Shown here one piece after another: positions 1 through 9,921 of a stretch of 64,000 bases of DNA. The number at the start of each line of letters is the position of its first letter. Within the stretch, counting starts at the first letter, position 1. The notes under the pieces were generated by a model. The model saw only the letters and a program-made list of their open reading frames with translations. It made no database searches and was not told the origin of the DNA. This stretch comes from Chlorobiota bacterium. Its GTDB lineage: Bacteria > Bacteroidota > Bacteroidia > Bacteroidales > VadinHA17. The translations under genes and the position numbers were made by a program. Location of the stretch: NCBI GenBank assembly GCA_013152085.1, contig JAADHC010000033.1, forward strand, positions 9,031 to 73,030. The letters run 5' to 3'.

Positions 1-587
1 GCGTTTTCGGCAGCGGTAACTCCTCTCTCCGCATCTTCAAATACCAGACATCGGACCGGGTCAGCTCCCAGAAGCTCAGCACATTTCAAAAAAGTGTCAG
101 GAGCCGGTTTGTATGCGCAGACATCATCAGCGGTTACGATTACATCAAAAAGTGTTGTTAATTCCAGAGTGTTTAATGTGCTCATCGTTGATGTCTTTAT
201 TCGTCCTGTCCCTAATGCTATAGGGAGTCTTGGTTTGTATGTTTTTAATATCTTCAGAACAGGTTCGATAGGTTTGATTTTGTGCTGGTAATGTTCGAAA
301 GCTTCTTCTTTTACAGCGGCTATATCTTCCGGATTTATGTGCTTAATCGCATCAGGATATGATTTCAGGATCTCTGATGCAATTATGGTAGAAGGAAGCC
401 CTGCAAAATAGAAAAACTTCTCTTTCGGATAAGAAATCCCATATTTGGAACATGCTTTGTTCCAGGCAGCCAGATGAGCAGGATTTGAATCGACAAGGGT
501 TCCGTCCAGGTCGAAAATCAGGGCTGCAGTCAGCGGAGTGATTGCCTTTTCCAGCTTTGCTGCAATTTCTTTTACCGTCATTCGCAT
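1..587 (-). CDS. HAD-superfamily hydrolase (phosphatase / beta-phosphoglucomutase-like); C-terminal part cut by window edge
   Basis: Hand translation of the minus strand from ATG at 585-587 gives MRMTVKEIAAKLEKAITPLTAALIFDLDGTLVDSNPAHLAAW... It has HAD motif I (DLDGTLVDS) and a later ...YKPAPDTFLKCAELLG...VFEDAERGVTAA. It is absent from the ORF track because no stop codon lies inside the window. Confidence 0.7.
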   Translation of the reverse strand, partial: MRMTVKEIAAKLEKAITPLTAALIFDLDGTLVDSNPAHLAAWNKACSKYGISYPKEKFFYFAGLPSTIIASEILKSYPDAIKHINPEDIAAVKEEAFEHYQHKIKPIEPVLKILKTYKPRLPIALGTGRIKTSTMSTLNTLELTTLFDVIVTADDVCAYKPAPDTFLKCAELLGADPVRCLVFEDAERGVTAAEN

Positions 588-628
588 CACTTGATTTTAT
601 AAAAGTTTAAAACTATGAGTTTTTTTTA

Positions 629-636
629 TAAGTTTG
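629..636 (+). promoter_or_regulatory. Bacteroidetes-type -7 promoter box candidate (TAAGTTTG, consensus TAnnTTTG)
   Basis: Exact match to TAnnTTTG, 35 nt upstream of the ATG at 672, in a divergent intergenic region. Confidence 0.3.
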
Positions 637-671
637 ATTATTCAGGGAACCAAATAATTATTAAACAATAA

Positions 672-3275
672 ATGCCAAATACTTTATTTATGAAAACAAA
701 AGCGATTCTTTTTTTATCGTTGGTCTTCATTACCACTATGTGCAGGCAGGACCAAACTTATCCTTATCTGAATCCGAAACTTCCGGTAAACAAACGGGTT
801 GCAGATCTGGTATCGCGTATGACCCTGGAAGAAAAAATTTCCCAGATGATGAACAGTGCGTCTGCCGTTGACAGCCTGGGTATTCCGGAATATAACTGGT
901 GGAATGAGTGCCTGCATGGCGTGGCCCGGGCCGGCGTGGCAACCGTATTTCCCCAGGCCATCGGATTATCCGCAACCTGGGACACTGCATTAATGTACCG
1001 GGTGGCTGATGTCATCTCAACCGAAGCCAGGGCCAAGTATAATGATTATCAATCCAAAGGAGAGCATGGTATTTATAAAGGCCTTACTTTCTGGTCGCCG
1101 AATATTAACATCTTTCGTGATCCGCGCTGGGGAAGAGGGCAGGAAACCTATGGCGAAGACCCTTTCCTTACGGGCAGGATGGCTGTTGAATTTGTCCGTG
1201 GATTACAGGGAGACGATCCGAAATATTTCAAAGTGATTGCCACACCAAAACATTTTGCCGTGCACAGCGGCCCCGAACCTGACCGGCATCATTTTGATGT
1301 AGATGTTTCCGATGAAGATTTGTGGAATACTTATCTGCCGGCATTTGAAGCCGCTGTTGTTAATGCCGGAGCATTTTCTGTCATGGGGGCGTATAACCGT
1401 TTTCGTGGACAGTCCTGCTCAGCACACGAGTTACTGCTTGGAGATATTTTACGCAACAAGTGGAAGTTTAAAGGATATGTGGTTTCTGACTGTGGGGCGA
1501 TCCGGGATATCTGGAAGGGTCATAAGATTGTGCAAACACCCGCCGCTGCCGCTGCTCTGGGTGTGAAAAATGGCTGTGATCTTAATTGTGGAAGGACATA
1601 CGAACATCTTGCAGAGGCTGTGGAAAAAGGGCTTATCACGGAGGCGGAAATTGATACGGCTGTAACACGTTTATTTACTGCGAGGTTTCGGCTTGGTATG
1701 TTTGATCCGCCTGAAATGGTGCCATGGTCTGCAATCCCCATCAGTGAAAATAACAACCCTGAGCATCGTGAACTGGCTCTGCAGGCAGCAAGGGAATCAT
1801 TGGTTTTATTAAAAAACGAGAATGATTTTTTACCGGTAAATTCCGGAAAGGTGAAGAAGATTGCCGTAATCGGTCCCAATGCAAAAAATGTGGATGTTCT
1901 GGTAGGGAATTATCATGGCACACCAGCCGAACCGGTGACTTTGCTTGACGGAATAATCCGGCGGCTACCGAAAGGTGTTGAAGTTGATTATGAACCGGGT
2001 TGTGACCTGGTAGCAGAATATAGTGTTCTTGATCCCATACCTGCCAGATATCTGAATAGTGACGGTCAACAGGGTTTGCAGGGAAGTTATTTTAAAAATA
2101 TGGAAATGAAGGGGAGTCCCGTTCTGATACGTCAGGATTCGGTCGTAGCTTTTGAATTTGGGGAAGGGAAAATGCCTGAAGGAGTTCCATGGCATGAGAT
2201 CTCAGTACGCTGGAATGGAACCCTGACACCTCCAAATAGTGGTACGTATATTCTGGGAGTTACAGGTGATGACGGTTATCGCCTGTATCTTGACGGAGAG
2301 AAAATCATTGACCTGTGGTCCCCCCATGGCCCGGTAACCACCCGAAAAAAAGTAAAGCTGGAAAGCGATCATAAATATCAAATAACACTCGAGTACTATC
2401 AGAACAAAGGCGGGGCTATGATTGAACTTGCCTGGACCATGCCTGGTAAAGATGCACGTAAGGATGCATTGCAACTTGCCGCTTCTTCTGATCTGGTGAT
2501 TTTTGCAGGAGGCATTTCACCCCGGCTTGAAGGTGAAGAGATGCGTGTTCCCTTTCCGGGATTTAAAGGTGGAGACCGTACTTCGCTTAAATTGCCTGAA
2601 GTGCAGGAAAATTTACTGAATGAATTGTATGCTACCGGGACACCGGTTGTATTGGTTAATTTCAGTGGAAGTGCCATTGCCCTGAACTGGGAAAATGATC
2701 ATCTGCCGGCCATAGTCCAGACATGGTATCCCGGACAATCAGGAGGATTGGCCGTTGCCGATGTAATTTTCGGAAATTATAATCCTGCAGGAAGACTGCC
2801 GGTTACATTTTATAAATCGGTAAATGACCTGCCTCCGTTTACCGATTATGATATGGCAGGCCGTACGTACCGGTATTTTACGGGTGATGTATTATATCCG
2901 TTTGGTTTTGGATTGAGTTTTAATCAGTATCACTATGAAAATATCATTGTTTCCGGGGAAGTCCTGCATAGTGACCAGAAAATTAATTTGTCTGTGGATA
3001 TAACCAATAAAGGGAAATATTCGGGAGATGAAGTGGTACAGCTCTATGTTGGATTCCCGGAATCTGTTGATCCCAGGCCGGTTAAAACCCTGAGGGAATT
3101 CCGGAGAATCAGTTTTAAACCCGGAGAGAAAAAGAGCATAACTTTTGTGATTAAAAAAGAGATGCTTTCGATCAGGGATGCAAAAGGAAATAAGGTAACT
3201 CCTCCGGGAAATTATACACTCATGGTGGGAGGTAATTCAGAAAATGTCCTATCGGTAAATCTAAAGGTTGAGTAA
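672..3275 (+). CDS. Glycoside hydrolase family 3 beta-glucosidase/beta-xylosidase with inserted PA14 domain
   Basis: 867-aa ORF with an N-terminal signal sequence. GH3 blocks are present (WNECLHGVA, RDPRWGRGQETYGEDP, KHFAVHSGPE, GYVVSDCGA nucleophile region). A PA14-like insert is visible (GLQGSYFKN...GTYILGVTGDDGYRLYLDGEKIIDLW), and the C-terminus is Fn3-like. Confidence 0.9.
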   Translation: MPNTLFMKTKAILFLSLVFITTMCRQDQTYPYLNPKLPVNKRVADLVSRMTLEEKISQMMNSASAVDSLGIPEYNWWNECLHGVARAGVATVFPQAIGLSATWDTALMYRVADVISTEARAKYNDYQSKGEHGIYKGLTFWSPNINIFRDPRWGRGQETYGEDPFLTGRMAVEFVRGLQGDDPKYFKVIATPKHFAVHSGPEPDRHHFDVDVSDEDLWNTYLPAFEAAVVNAGAFSVMGAYNRFRGQSCSAHELLLGDILRNKWKFKGYVVSDCGAIRDIWKGHKIVQTPAAAAALGVKNGCDLNCGRTYEHLAEAVEKGLITEAEIDTAVTRLFTARFRLGMFDPPEMVPWSAIPISENNNPEHRELALQAARESLVLLKNENDFLPVNSGKVKKIAVIGPNAKNVDVLVGNYHGTPAEPVTLLDGIIRRLPKGVEVDYEPGCDLVAEYSVLDPIPARYLNSDGQQGLQGSYFKNMEMKGSPVLIRQDSVVAFEFGEGKMPEGVPWHEISVRWNGTLTPPNSGTYILGVTGDDGYRLYLDGEKIIDLWSPHGPVTTRKKVKLESDHKYQITLEYYQNKGGAMIELAWTMPGKDARKDALQLAASSDLVIFAGGISPRLEGEEMRVPFPGFKGGDRTSLKLPEVQENLLNELYATGTPVVLVNFSGSAIALNWENDHLPAIVQTWYPGQSGGLAVADVIFGNYNPAGRLPVTFYKSVNDLPPFTDYDMAGRTYRYFTGDVLYPFGFGLSFNQYHYENIIVSGEVLHSDQKINLSVDITNKGKYSGDEVVQLYVGFPESVDPRPVKTLREFRRISFKPGEKKSITFVIKKEMLSIRDAKGNKVTPPGNYTLMVGGNSENVLSVNLKVE

Positions 3276-3398
3276 TGGTTGTGATGATGTTTTGAGAATA
3301 TGAGGACATTACGGAAATACGAAATACTGCCGGGGAAGTCTTTCTCTCTGAAAACAGGTTATCGGCTTGTCCTATTTTTTATTTAGACTAATTCTTAT

Positions 3399-3406
3399 TA
3401 ATTTTG
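3399..3406 (+). promoter_or_regulatory. Bacteroidetes-type -7 promoter box candidate (TAATTTTG)
   Basis: Exact TAnnTTTG match, 22 nt upstream of the ATG at 3429. Confidence 0.3.
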
Positions 3407-3428
3407 TTTCAAATTTAAGAAGAAAAAT

Positions 3429-5861
3429 ATGGCAAAAGAAACATCAACTGCCGCAAGTGAAATTTCTTTCGATGCATTTAAGAAAGAGGTATTGGATGAT
3501 TATAAACTGGCCAATGTAAGCCGGAATCTGAGTATTATAGGACGTAAGGAAGTTTTGACAGGAAAAGCAAAATTCGGCATTTTCGGGGATGGTAAAGAGG
3601 TTGCCCAGCTTGCCCTGGCAAAGCAATTTCATAACGGCGACTGGCGCTCGGGGTATTACCGTGATCAGACCTGGATGATGGCAGCGGGAATTTTTTCTGC
3701 AGAAGACTTTTTTCATCAGCTTTATGGCAATACCGATAAAGAATACAATACCGGCAATGGCGGAAGGTCTTTCAATAATCACTTTTCCACACCGAATATC
3801 AACAAGGACGGATCATGGCGTGATCTGACCAGGCAAAAGAATTCCTCTGCAGATATATCTCCTACGGCAGGTCAGATGTCCCGTTTGCTTGGGCTTGCCT
3901 GGGCTTCAAAACTCTTCAGAAACAATAAAGAACTGCATACTTTTAAGCATCTGTCGCTGCAGGGAAATGAGGTCGCTTTCGGGACTATCGGTGATGCAAG
4001 TACTTCCGAAGGTCATTTTTGGGAAACTGTCAATGCTGCCGGTGTATTGCAGGTGCCGATGGCACTTTCCATCTGGGATGACGGATATGGCATTTCTGTG
4101 CCAAAAAAATATCAGACAACCAAAGAGAGTATTTCCGAATTACTTAAGGGATTTGAGCGTACGAAGGATAAACCCGGTTATGTCATTTATAAAGGAAAAG
4201 CCTGGGATTATCCGGGACTTTGTAAAATGTATGAAGAAGGCGTGCGCATTTGCCGTGAAGAGCAGGTTCCGGTTATTTTCCATGTTGAAGAGATGACACA
4301 GCCATTGGGCCATTCTACCAGCGGTTCGCATGAGCGGTATAAATCACCCGAACGGTTAAAATGGGAAGAAGAATCGGACGCCATCAGTAAGATGCGGGAG
4401 TGGATGATCGAATCGGGAATTGCCGCAGCTGAGGAACTGTATAAAATTGAAAAGAATGCTCTGGAAGAAGCAAAACAGGCCCGTAAGAATGCCTGGAAAG
4501 CATTTCAAGAGTCGATCAAAGCCCAACGTGATGCACTGATCAAAATTATTGACAACCGGTCTTGCATGTGCAAGCGTGAACATATGGATAAGGTGGGGAT
4601 TACCATTGCCGAATTAAAAAAGGTCATGTATCCCATCCGTAAAGATGTTTTTAGTGCTGCGAGGAAAATATTACGATGGGTATGTGCGGATTGTCCCATA
4701 CGTGAACAATTGCAGCGGGATTTAACGGCATGGCTTGAGAAAAACATGGAAGATGCTCATGAAAGGTATAATTCACATGTTTATAATGAGACGCAAACAT
4801 CCGTGTTGAATGTTACACCGGTTCCGGTGAAATACAATGATGATGCTGAGGAAGTTCCGGGCAGGCTGGTATTAAATAGGAATTTTGATTACCTGTTTTC
4901 CAGGTATCCTCTACTGGTAACCTTTGGTGAAGATACGGGAAAGATTGGCGGCGTTAACCAGACACTGGAAGGATTGCAGAAAAAATACGGGGAATTGCGA
5001 ATTACCGATACGGGTATTCGTGAAACTACGATTATGGGACAGGGGATAGGACTTGCGCTCCGGGGTATGCGTCCGCTTACTGAAATCCAGTATTTTGATT
5101 ATCTCCTTTATGCATTACAAACCATGAGTGATGATCTGGCAACAACAACCTACCGTACACGTGGTACTCAGATCGCTCCGGTGATTGTCCGAACACGCGG
5201 ACATCGTCTTGAAGGAATCTGGCATTCCGGGTCACCACTGAGTATGGTGATTAATTCGATCAGGGGGATGTATGTATGTGTTCCGCGGAACATGACCCAG
5301 GCTGCCGGATTTTATAATACACTGCTTGAAGGAGAGGATGCTGCTCTTGTGATTGAACCGCTGAACGGATACCGTCGTAAGGAAAAGATGCCTGCCAATA
5401 TCGGCGAATTTAAACTGGCACTGGGACAACCCGAGATTCTACATGAGGGGACTGACCTGACCCTGGTTACGTATGGATCCTGTGTACGCATTGCAGAGGA
5501 TGCCATCGAGCAGCTTTCCGAGTTTAATATATCGGTCGAGTTAATCGATATTCAAACACTGATCCCATTTGATCTGAATAATACCATCCTTGAATCGGTA
5601 AAGAAAACCAACCGGGTATTATTCTTTGATGAAGATGTCCCTGGCGGTGCTACAGCTTATATGATGCAGAAGGTGGTTGAAGAAGAGGAGGTGTATTATT
5701 ATCTTGATACTGAACCACGGACACTGGCAGCAAAGGAACACAGACCGGCTTACGCAACCGATGGAGATTATTTCTCAAATCCAAACGCTGAGGATGTCTT
5801 TGATGCGGTTTATGCAATGATGCATGAGGCTAACCCGAAAAAATACCCAAAGCTGTATTAA
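3429..5861 (+). CDS. 2-oxoacid (branched-chain type) dehydrogenase E1 component, fused alpha/beta subunits
   Basis: 810-aa ORF. The N-terminal half resembles the TPP-binding E1-alpha. The C-terminal half resembles the transketolase-like E1-beta (FGEDTGKIGGVNQTLEGLQKKYG..RITDTGIRETTIMGQGIGLA). The two halves are joined by a helical linker of roughly 180 aa, the fused form typical of Bacteroidota. Confidence 0.85.
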   Translation: MAKETSTAASEISFDAFKKEVLDDYKLANVSRNLSIIGRKEVLTGKAKFGIFGDGKEVAQLALAKQFHNGDWRSGYYRDQTWMMAAGIFSAEDFFHQLYGNTDKEYNTGNGGRSFNNHFSTPNINKDGSWRDLTRQKNSSADISPTAGQMSRLLGLAWASKLFRNNKELHTFKHLSLQGNEVAFGTIGDASTSEGHFWETVNAAGVLQVPMALSIWDDGYGISVPKKYQTTKESISELLKGFERTKDKPGYVIYKGKAWDYPGLCKMYEEGVRICREEQVPVIFHVEEMTQPLGHSTSGSHERYKSPERLKWEEESDAISKMREWMIESGIAAAEELYKIEKNALEEAKQARKNAWKAFQESIKAQRDALIKIIDNRSCMCKREHMDKVGITIAELKKVMYPIRKDVFSAARKILRWVCADCPIREQLQRDLTAWLEKNMEDAHERYNSHVYNETQTSVLNVTPVPVKYNDDAEEVPGRLVLNRNFDYLFSRYPLLVTFGEDTGKIGGVNQTLEGLQKKYGELRITDTGIRETTIMGQGIGLALRGMRPLTEIQYFDYLLYALQTMSDDLATTTYRTRGTQIAPVIVRTRGHRLEGIWHSGSPLSMVINSIRGMYVCVPRNMTQAAGFYNTLLEGEDAALVIEPLNGYRRKEKMPANIGEFKLALGQPEILHEGTDLTLVTYGSCVRIAEDAIEQLSEFNISVELIDIQTLIPFDLNNTILESVKKTNRVLFFDEDVPGGATAYMMQKVVEEEEVYYYLDTEPRTLAAKEHRPAYATDGDYFSNPNAEDVFDAVYAMMHEANPKKYPKLY

Positions 5862-5878
5862 ATAGTCCCTGAAAATTC

Positions 5879-7345
5879 TTATTTTATTTCCTGAATTTTC
5901 TTCATCTCTTCGGGGCTGTATCGCCTGATCTTGTAGTTTAAAGAAGCAATAAATACACTCATGAAAGGACTGATGAGGTTAAAGAAGCAGTATGGTAAAT
6001 AAGTTAACGTAGGCACACCAAGTACGGTAGATTGTGTTGCACCACCAGTATTCCAGGGGATAAGTACGGAAGTGACCGTTCCGGCATCTTCAAGGGTACG
6101 GCTCAATAATTCAGGTTTATATCCTCTGTCCCGGTAGGTTTTGGCAAACATTCTTCCGGGAACAACGATGGAAATATATTGATCCGATGCGGTAATGTTG
6201 AAGAAAACACATGTGGCCGCCGTAGAGGCGATCAAAGTGGTGGTGTTGTGTACAAACTTCAGAATACTTTGGGTAATACGCATGAGAAATCCTGCAGACT
6301 CCATAACTCCTCCAAAGATCATTGCAGAGATTATCAGCCAGATGGTATTGAGCATACCAGCCATCCCCCGCGTAGCAACGAGATCGTTTACTACGTGGTT
6401 GCTGGTGCTGATTTCAACCGGTCCGAACATGGCTTTCATGGAGGCAATCCAACTGATCTTGGCAAAATTACCTGTAACACCGGCAACCTCTCTGACCACC
6501 TGAGGCTGAAAAATAAGGGCAAATACCACCCCAATTAAGGTGGCGGCAAGTAGCGAAGGTACCGGGGGAACCTTCCTGACAATAATATAAATGAGGAATA
6601 CCGGGACAATCAATAGAATGGGGGAAAGGTGGAAAGTATTGTTCAGGGCATTCATGACATCTGCAATGTCAGCATGATTGGTGGGAAAATGAAATGTGAA
6701 TCCGATGATCAGGAAGATGAGCATGGCAATAAGCATGGACGGTGTGGTAGTAATCACCATATACCGTATGTGGGTAAAGATATCCGTACCTGCCATAGCA
6801 GGGGCAAGATTTGTAGTATCCGATAGCGGAGACATTTTGTCACCGAAATATGCTCCTGAAATAATAGCGCCTGCAACCAATCCGTCATGGATGCCCAGAG
6901 TTCGTCCGATACCCATAAGGGCAATGCCTATGGTGGCAATGGTAGACCATGAACTTCCGGTAGCCAGGGATACGATCGCAGAGATGGTAATGGCAGCAAA
7001 AAGGAAAATCTTTGGATTTAGTATCTCCAATCCATAATATATGAGTATAGGTACTACCCCACTGATCATCCACGTACCTGCCAGTGCCCCGATCAGGAAA
7101 AGAATCAGAATGGAAGGCATGGCAGATCCAATGCTACGTACGATGCTATCCTGGATTTCCTTCCAGGAGATCCCAATCCAGGCAGCAATAATCCCGGCAA
7201 TAGATGCGGCCAACAAAAGAGCCATCTGATTTGCGCCGGAAAGCGTATCTTCAAAGAATTTTACATTCAGGAAAAGAAAAGCAATTAAAAAAACCAGTGG
7301 AATTAAGGCCTGAAAAAGGGTGGGATATTTCTTTCCTTGCTGCAT
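5879..7345 (-). CDS. nhaC: Na+/H+ antiporter, NhaC family
   Basis: 488-aa polytopic membrane protein with about 11-12 hydrophobic segments and an NhaC-like N-terminus (KYPTLFQALIPLVFLI...). Confidence 0.8.
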   Translation of the reverse strand: MQQGKKYPTLFQALIPLVFLIAFLFLNVKFFEDTLSGANQMALLLAASIAGIIAAWIGISWKEIQDSIVRSIGSAMPSILILFLIGALAGTWMISGVVPILIYYGLEILNPKIFLFAAITISAIVSLATGSSWSTIATIGIALMGIGRTLGIHDGLVAGAIISGAYFGDKMSPLSDTTNLAPAMAGTDIFTHIRYMVITTTPSMLIAMLIFLIIGFTFHFPTNHADIADVMNALNNTFHLSPILLIVPVFLIYIIVRKVPPVPSLLAATLIGVVFALIFQPQVVREVAGVTGNFAKISWIASMKAMFGPVEISTSNHVVNDLVATRGMAGMLNTIWLIISAMIFGGVMESAGFLMRITQSILKFVHNTTTLIASTAATCVFFNITASDQYISIVVPGRMFAKTYRDRGYKPELLSRTLEDAGTVTSVLIPWNTGGATQSTVLGVPTLTYLPYCFFNLISPFMSVFIASLNYKIRRYSPEEMKKIQEIK

Positions 7346-7466
7346 CCGCTGGCATCTACTTGGTGACGATCGACGAAGGTAATGATTTTGAAGATTAATT
7401 TAAGTGCACTTCCGGTATATCAGACATCATTCTTTGATATTGAAAGGTTTATACTTTACCGAAACG

Positions 7467-9917
7467 TTACTTGTGGAAAAGAAAATAGACAACTTTCCGC
7501 AGGAAAGGCACTGTATTACGGTCTTCCTCGTAATAACCCTCACCATAGGTGTATCCATATCCATATCCGTATCCATACCCATAACCATAGCCATAACCAT
7601 ACCCGAAGCTGTAACCATAATAACTGGAAAGTTTGATGTCATTAACAAGCAGTGATAATTTTTTCAGTTCCCTTCTTTCATACAGTTCTTCAATAAATTG
7701 AATCACATTCTTATGCGAATAATTTTGCCTGATAACAAAGAGGATCAGGTTGGTAAACGGTTCAAGCAGCAATGCATCCGTGACTATAGCCAGGGGAGGG
7801 GTATCAAGAATAATGACATCAAAATCTTTCCGGGCCTGCTCAAAGAAAGAAGCAACATTTTTGCTTTCGAGTAATTCGGCAGGATTCGGTGGAACCGGTC
7901 CGGATGGGGCCACAAAAAGGTTTTCAATATTAGTGGAATGAATAATATCTTCGAATTGATTCTGGTTTACAAGATAAGTGCTGATACCGGCATCATTATT
8001 CAGACGGAAATCTCTGTGGATTTTTGGCTTCCGCAGGTCAAACCCTACCAGAAGGGTCTTTTTCCCGGACATCGAGGTGATAACGGCAAGATTCTCGGCG
8101 ATGAAAGTTTTTCCTTCCCCACTGATCGTGGATGTTACGGAAATTACTTTTTGAGTTTCATCAGTGAGTTTATACTGGGCATTGGTACGCAGGGCGCGGA
8201 AAGATTCTGCCAATGCCGATTTGGGATGCTCAAGGACAGGTATGTTGGCATCGGTATTATTATGCCCGATAGAGCCAAGTAATGGTGCCTTTGTTTTGGT
8301 TTCAATATCTTTTTTGTCAACAATTTTATTGTTAAAGTATTCGAAAATGAGGATAAATACAAGGGGGATCAGAAATCCTAAAACCAGCGCAATCATATAG
8401 TTTAGAGAGTTCTTCGGAGTAATCTTTGCCGCATTTTCAGGGCGGGCTGCATCCAGGGGACGGTTATCGGCAACATTCGAAGCTTTTGCAATCCCGGCTT
8501 CCGCCCGTTTCTTAAGAAGATAAGTATAAATTTCGTTGTTCAGGTTAAACATCCTTTCAATACCGATAAGTTGCCTTTCTTTAGCAGGCAGCTTGGCAAT
8601 GGTTTTATTCAGAGAATCAATCCGGACCTCGTAGTCGTTGAGGCCCAGTTCGGTGGAATGAATCAGATTCCGGATATTCTCGGCCAAAAGCATCCGTGTC
8701 TCATAAATCTTCTGGTTGACAAGTGCCAGGGAAGATGATTGCGGCTGTGTGCTGAATTGCAGATTGCTTTTCTGCTCATACAATGAGATGAGCTGATTGA
8801 TCAGTGATAAGAGTACGGGATCATTTATGCCGGCTACCGAAGGGGCGATAAGTTCACTTACATTGACTTGCTTGTTCAAATACTGCAGGACATAGTTGTA
8901 ATAATTCTTCTGGATTTCCAGCAGTGCTTTGTCCGACTGAAAATTACCCATCTTCTCATAAATATCCATTCCCTCTTTGCTGATATCAATAATCTTATTT
9001 TTTATCCTGAAATCCTGCAGGTTTAACTCAGCTTTATGCAGAGAGTCAACAATACTTTTTAACTGGGTGTCAATAAATACAATGGTTTTTTCGGCCATCC
9101 GGTTTTTTTCTTCAAGTCCGGAATTAATATATACATCAACCAGCTTGTTCAGATAATCACATTCCTGTTCGGCAACATACCCCTGCATACTTAATATCAG
9201 AATAGAACCTTTCTTTTCATCGTTGACCGAAATGGATAATTTTCCTTTGTAAAGATTGGTGAGTGCATTCAGGTCATTAATAATAAAATAATATTTGTTG
9301 GATGCATTTTCATTCAATGAGAATGTTTCCGGATCACGCAGATGAATGCGGAATGAAAAATAATCATTAGTAAACGTGTCGCCGAAATGCAGTATCGTAT
9401 CAGTACTCATCCCTTCATTGATTTCAAGACGGTATTCTTTCGGGGATAAAATATTAACATACACCCGGTGTCCCCTGGTCTGGTAATGGGTAGTATCCAT
9501 ATCCACGAGGAACGGCGAACGGGTGTAAAGTTTGGCTTCCTTAATACCGCGACGGCCTACAAGAATATAAGTAATTTCGAAATCTTTCAGTTGGGACAGT
9601 GTTTTGTATGCCATAGTATAGGACTGGAGAATTCCCATCTCGTTGTAGATGTTTTTTTTACTTCTGAAAATCTCCATGCCCTCAATCACATTCTCATAAC
9701 CGGTAAGTTGTCCCCGGCCCTTTTCATCATCCCGGACGATTACAGAAGCCGAGACACTGTAAATCGGTTCGGTATAGCGGTTTACCAGGTATGCAGCCGT
9801 GAGTGAAATAAACAGGGCTATGGCAAACCAGTACCAGTTAAAAAGAATTTTGAAAAGAAATTTCTTTATGTCAATCGTTTCTTCCTGAATGAAAGGATAG
9901 TCTCCGTTATTTTCCAT
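7467..9917 (-). CDS. wzc: Polysaccharide co-polymerase / tyrosine autokinase (Wzc / BY-kinase family)
   Basis: Wzz-like N-terminal domain with two TM segments and long coiled coils. The C-terminal P-loop kinase has a Walker A (TSTISGEGKTF) and a Walker B-like motif (VIILDTPP), followed by a C-terminal Tyr cluster. The ORF track starts at a TTG (9935); the ATG at 9917 (MENNGDYPF...) sits 4 nt after the wza stop and is preferred. Confidence 0.9.
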   Translation of the reverse strand: MENNGDYPFIQEETIDIKKFLFKILFNWYWFAIALFISLTAAYLVNRYTEPIYSVSASVIVRDDEKGRGQLTGYENVIEGMEIFRSKKNIYNEMGILQSYTMAYKTLSQLKDFEITYILVGRRGIKEAKLYTRSPFLVDMDTTHYQTRGHRVYVNILSPKEYRLEINEGMSTDTILHFGDTFTNDYFSFRIHLRDPETFSLNENASNKYYFIINDLNALTNLYKGKLSISVNDEKKGSILILSMQGYVAEQECDYLNKLVDVYINSGLEEKNRMAEKTIVFIDTQLKSIVDSLHKAELNLQDFRIKNKIIDISKEGMDIYEKMGNFQSDKALLEIQKNYYNYVLQYLNKQVNVSELIAPSVAGINDPVLLSLINQLISLYEQKSNLQFSTQPQSSSLALVNQKIYETRMLLAENIRNLIHSTELGLNDYEVRIDSLNKTIAKLPAKERQLIGIERMFNLNNEIYTYLLKKRAEAGIAKASNVADNRPLDAARPENAAKITPKNSLNYMIALVLGFLIPLVFILIFEYFNNKIVDKKDIETKTKAPLLGSIGHNNTDANIPVLEHPKSALAESFRALRTNAQYKLTDETQKVISVTSTISGEGKTFIAENLAVITSMSGKKTLLVGFDLRKPKIHRDFRLNNDAGISTYLVNQNQFEDIIHSTNIENLFVAPSGPVPPNPAELLESKNVASFFEQARKDFDVIILDTPPLAIVTDALLLEPFTNLILFVIRQNYSHKNVIQFIEELYERRELKKLSLLVNDIKLSSYYGYSFGYGYGYGYGYGYGYGYGYTYGEGYYEEDRNTVPFLRKVVYFLFHK
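7530..7628 (-). repeat. Coding dipeptide repeat: SSYYGYSF(GY)9TYGEGYY tyrosine cluster of the BY-kinase
   Basis: Direct reading of codons: ggg tat ggt tat ggc tat ggt tat ggg tat gga tac gga tat gga tat gga tac. There are about 15 Tyr in 33 residues, and synonymous codons vary between units. Confidence 0.9.
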
Positions 9918-9921
9918 CTGG

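Noticed and set aside
6179-7229. Several plus-strand ORFs of 60-119 aa inside nhaC. Similar antisense ORFs occur inside nearly every large gene in the track.
   Set aside because: Each overlaps a much longer ORF with clear family motifs on the other strand. Composition-driven shadow ORFs are expected at this GC content.
7382-7655. Three small ORFs with striking low-complexity peptides (HIHIRIHTHNHSHNH..., SISISVSIPITIAITI..., MVMAMVMGMDTDMDMD...).
   Set aside because: They are alternative-frame or antisense readings of the (GGN-TAY)n tyrosine-cluster repeat at the 3' end of the BY-kinase gene. The kinase frame is the one with a coherent full-length protein.
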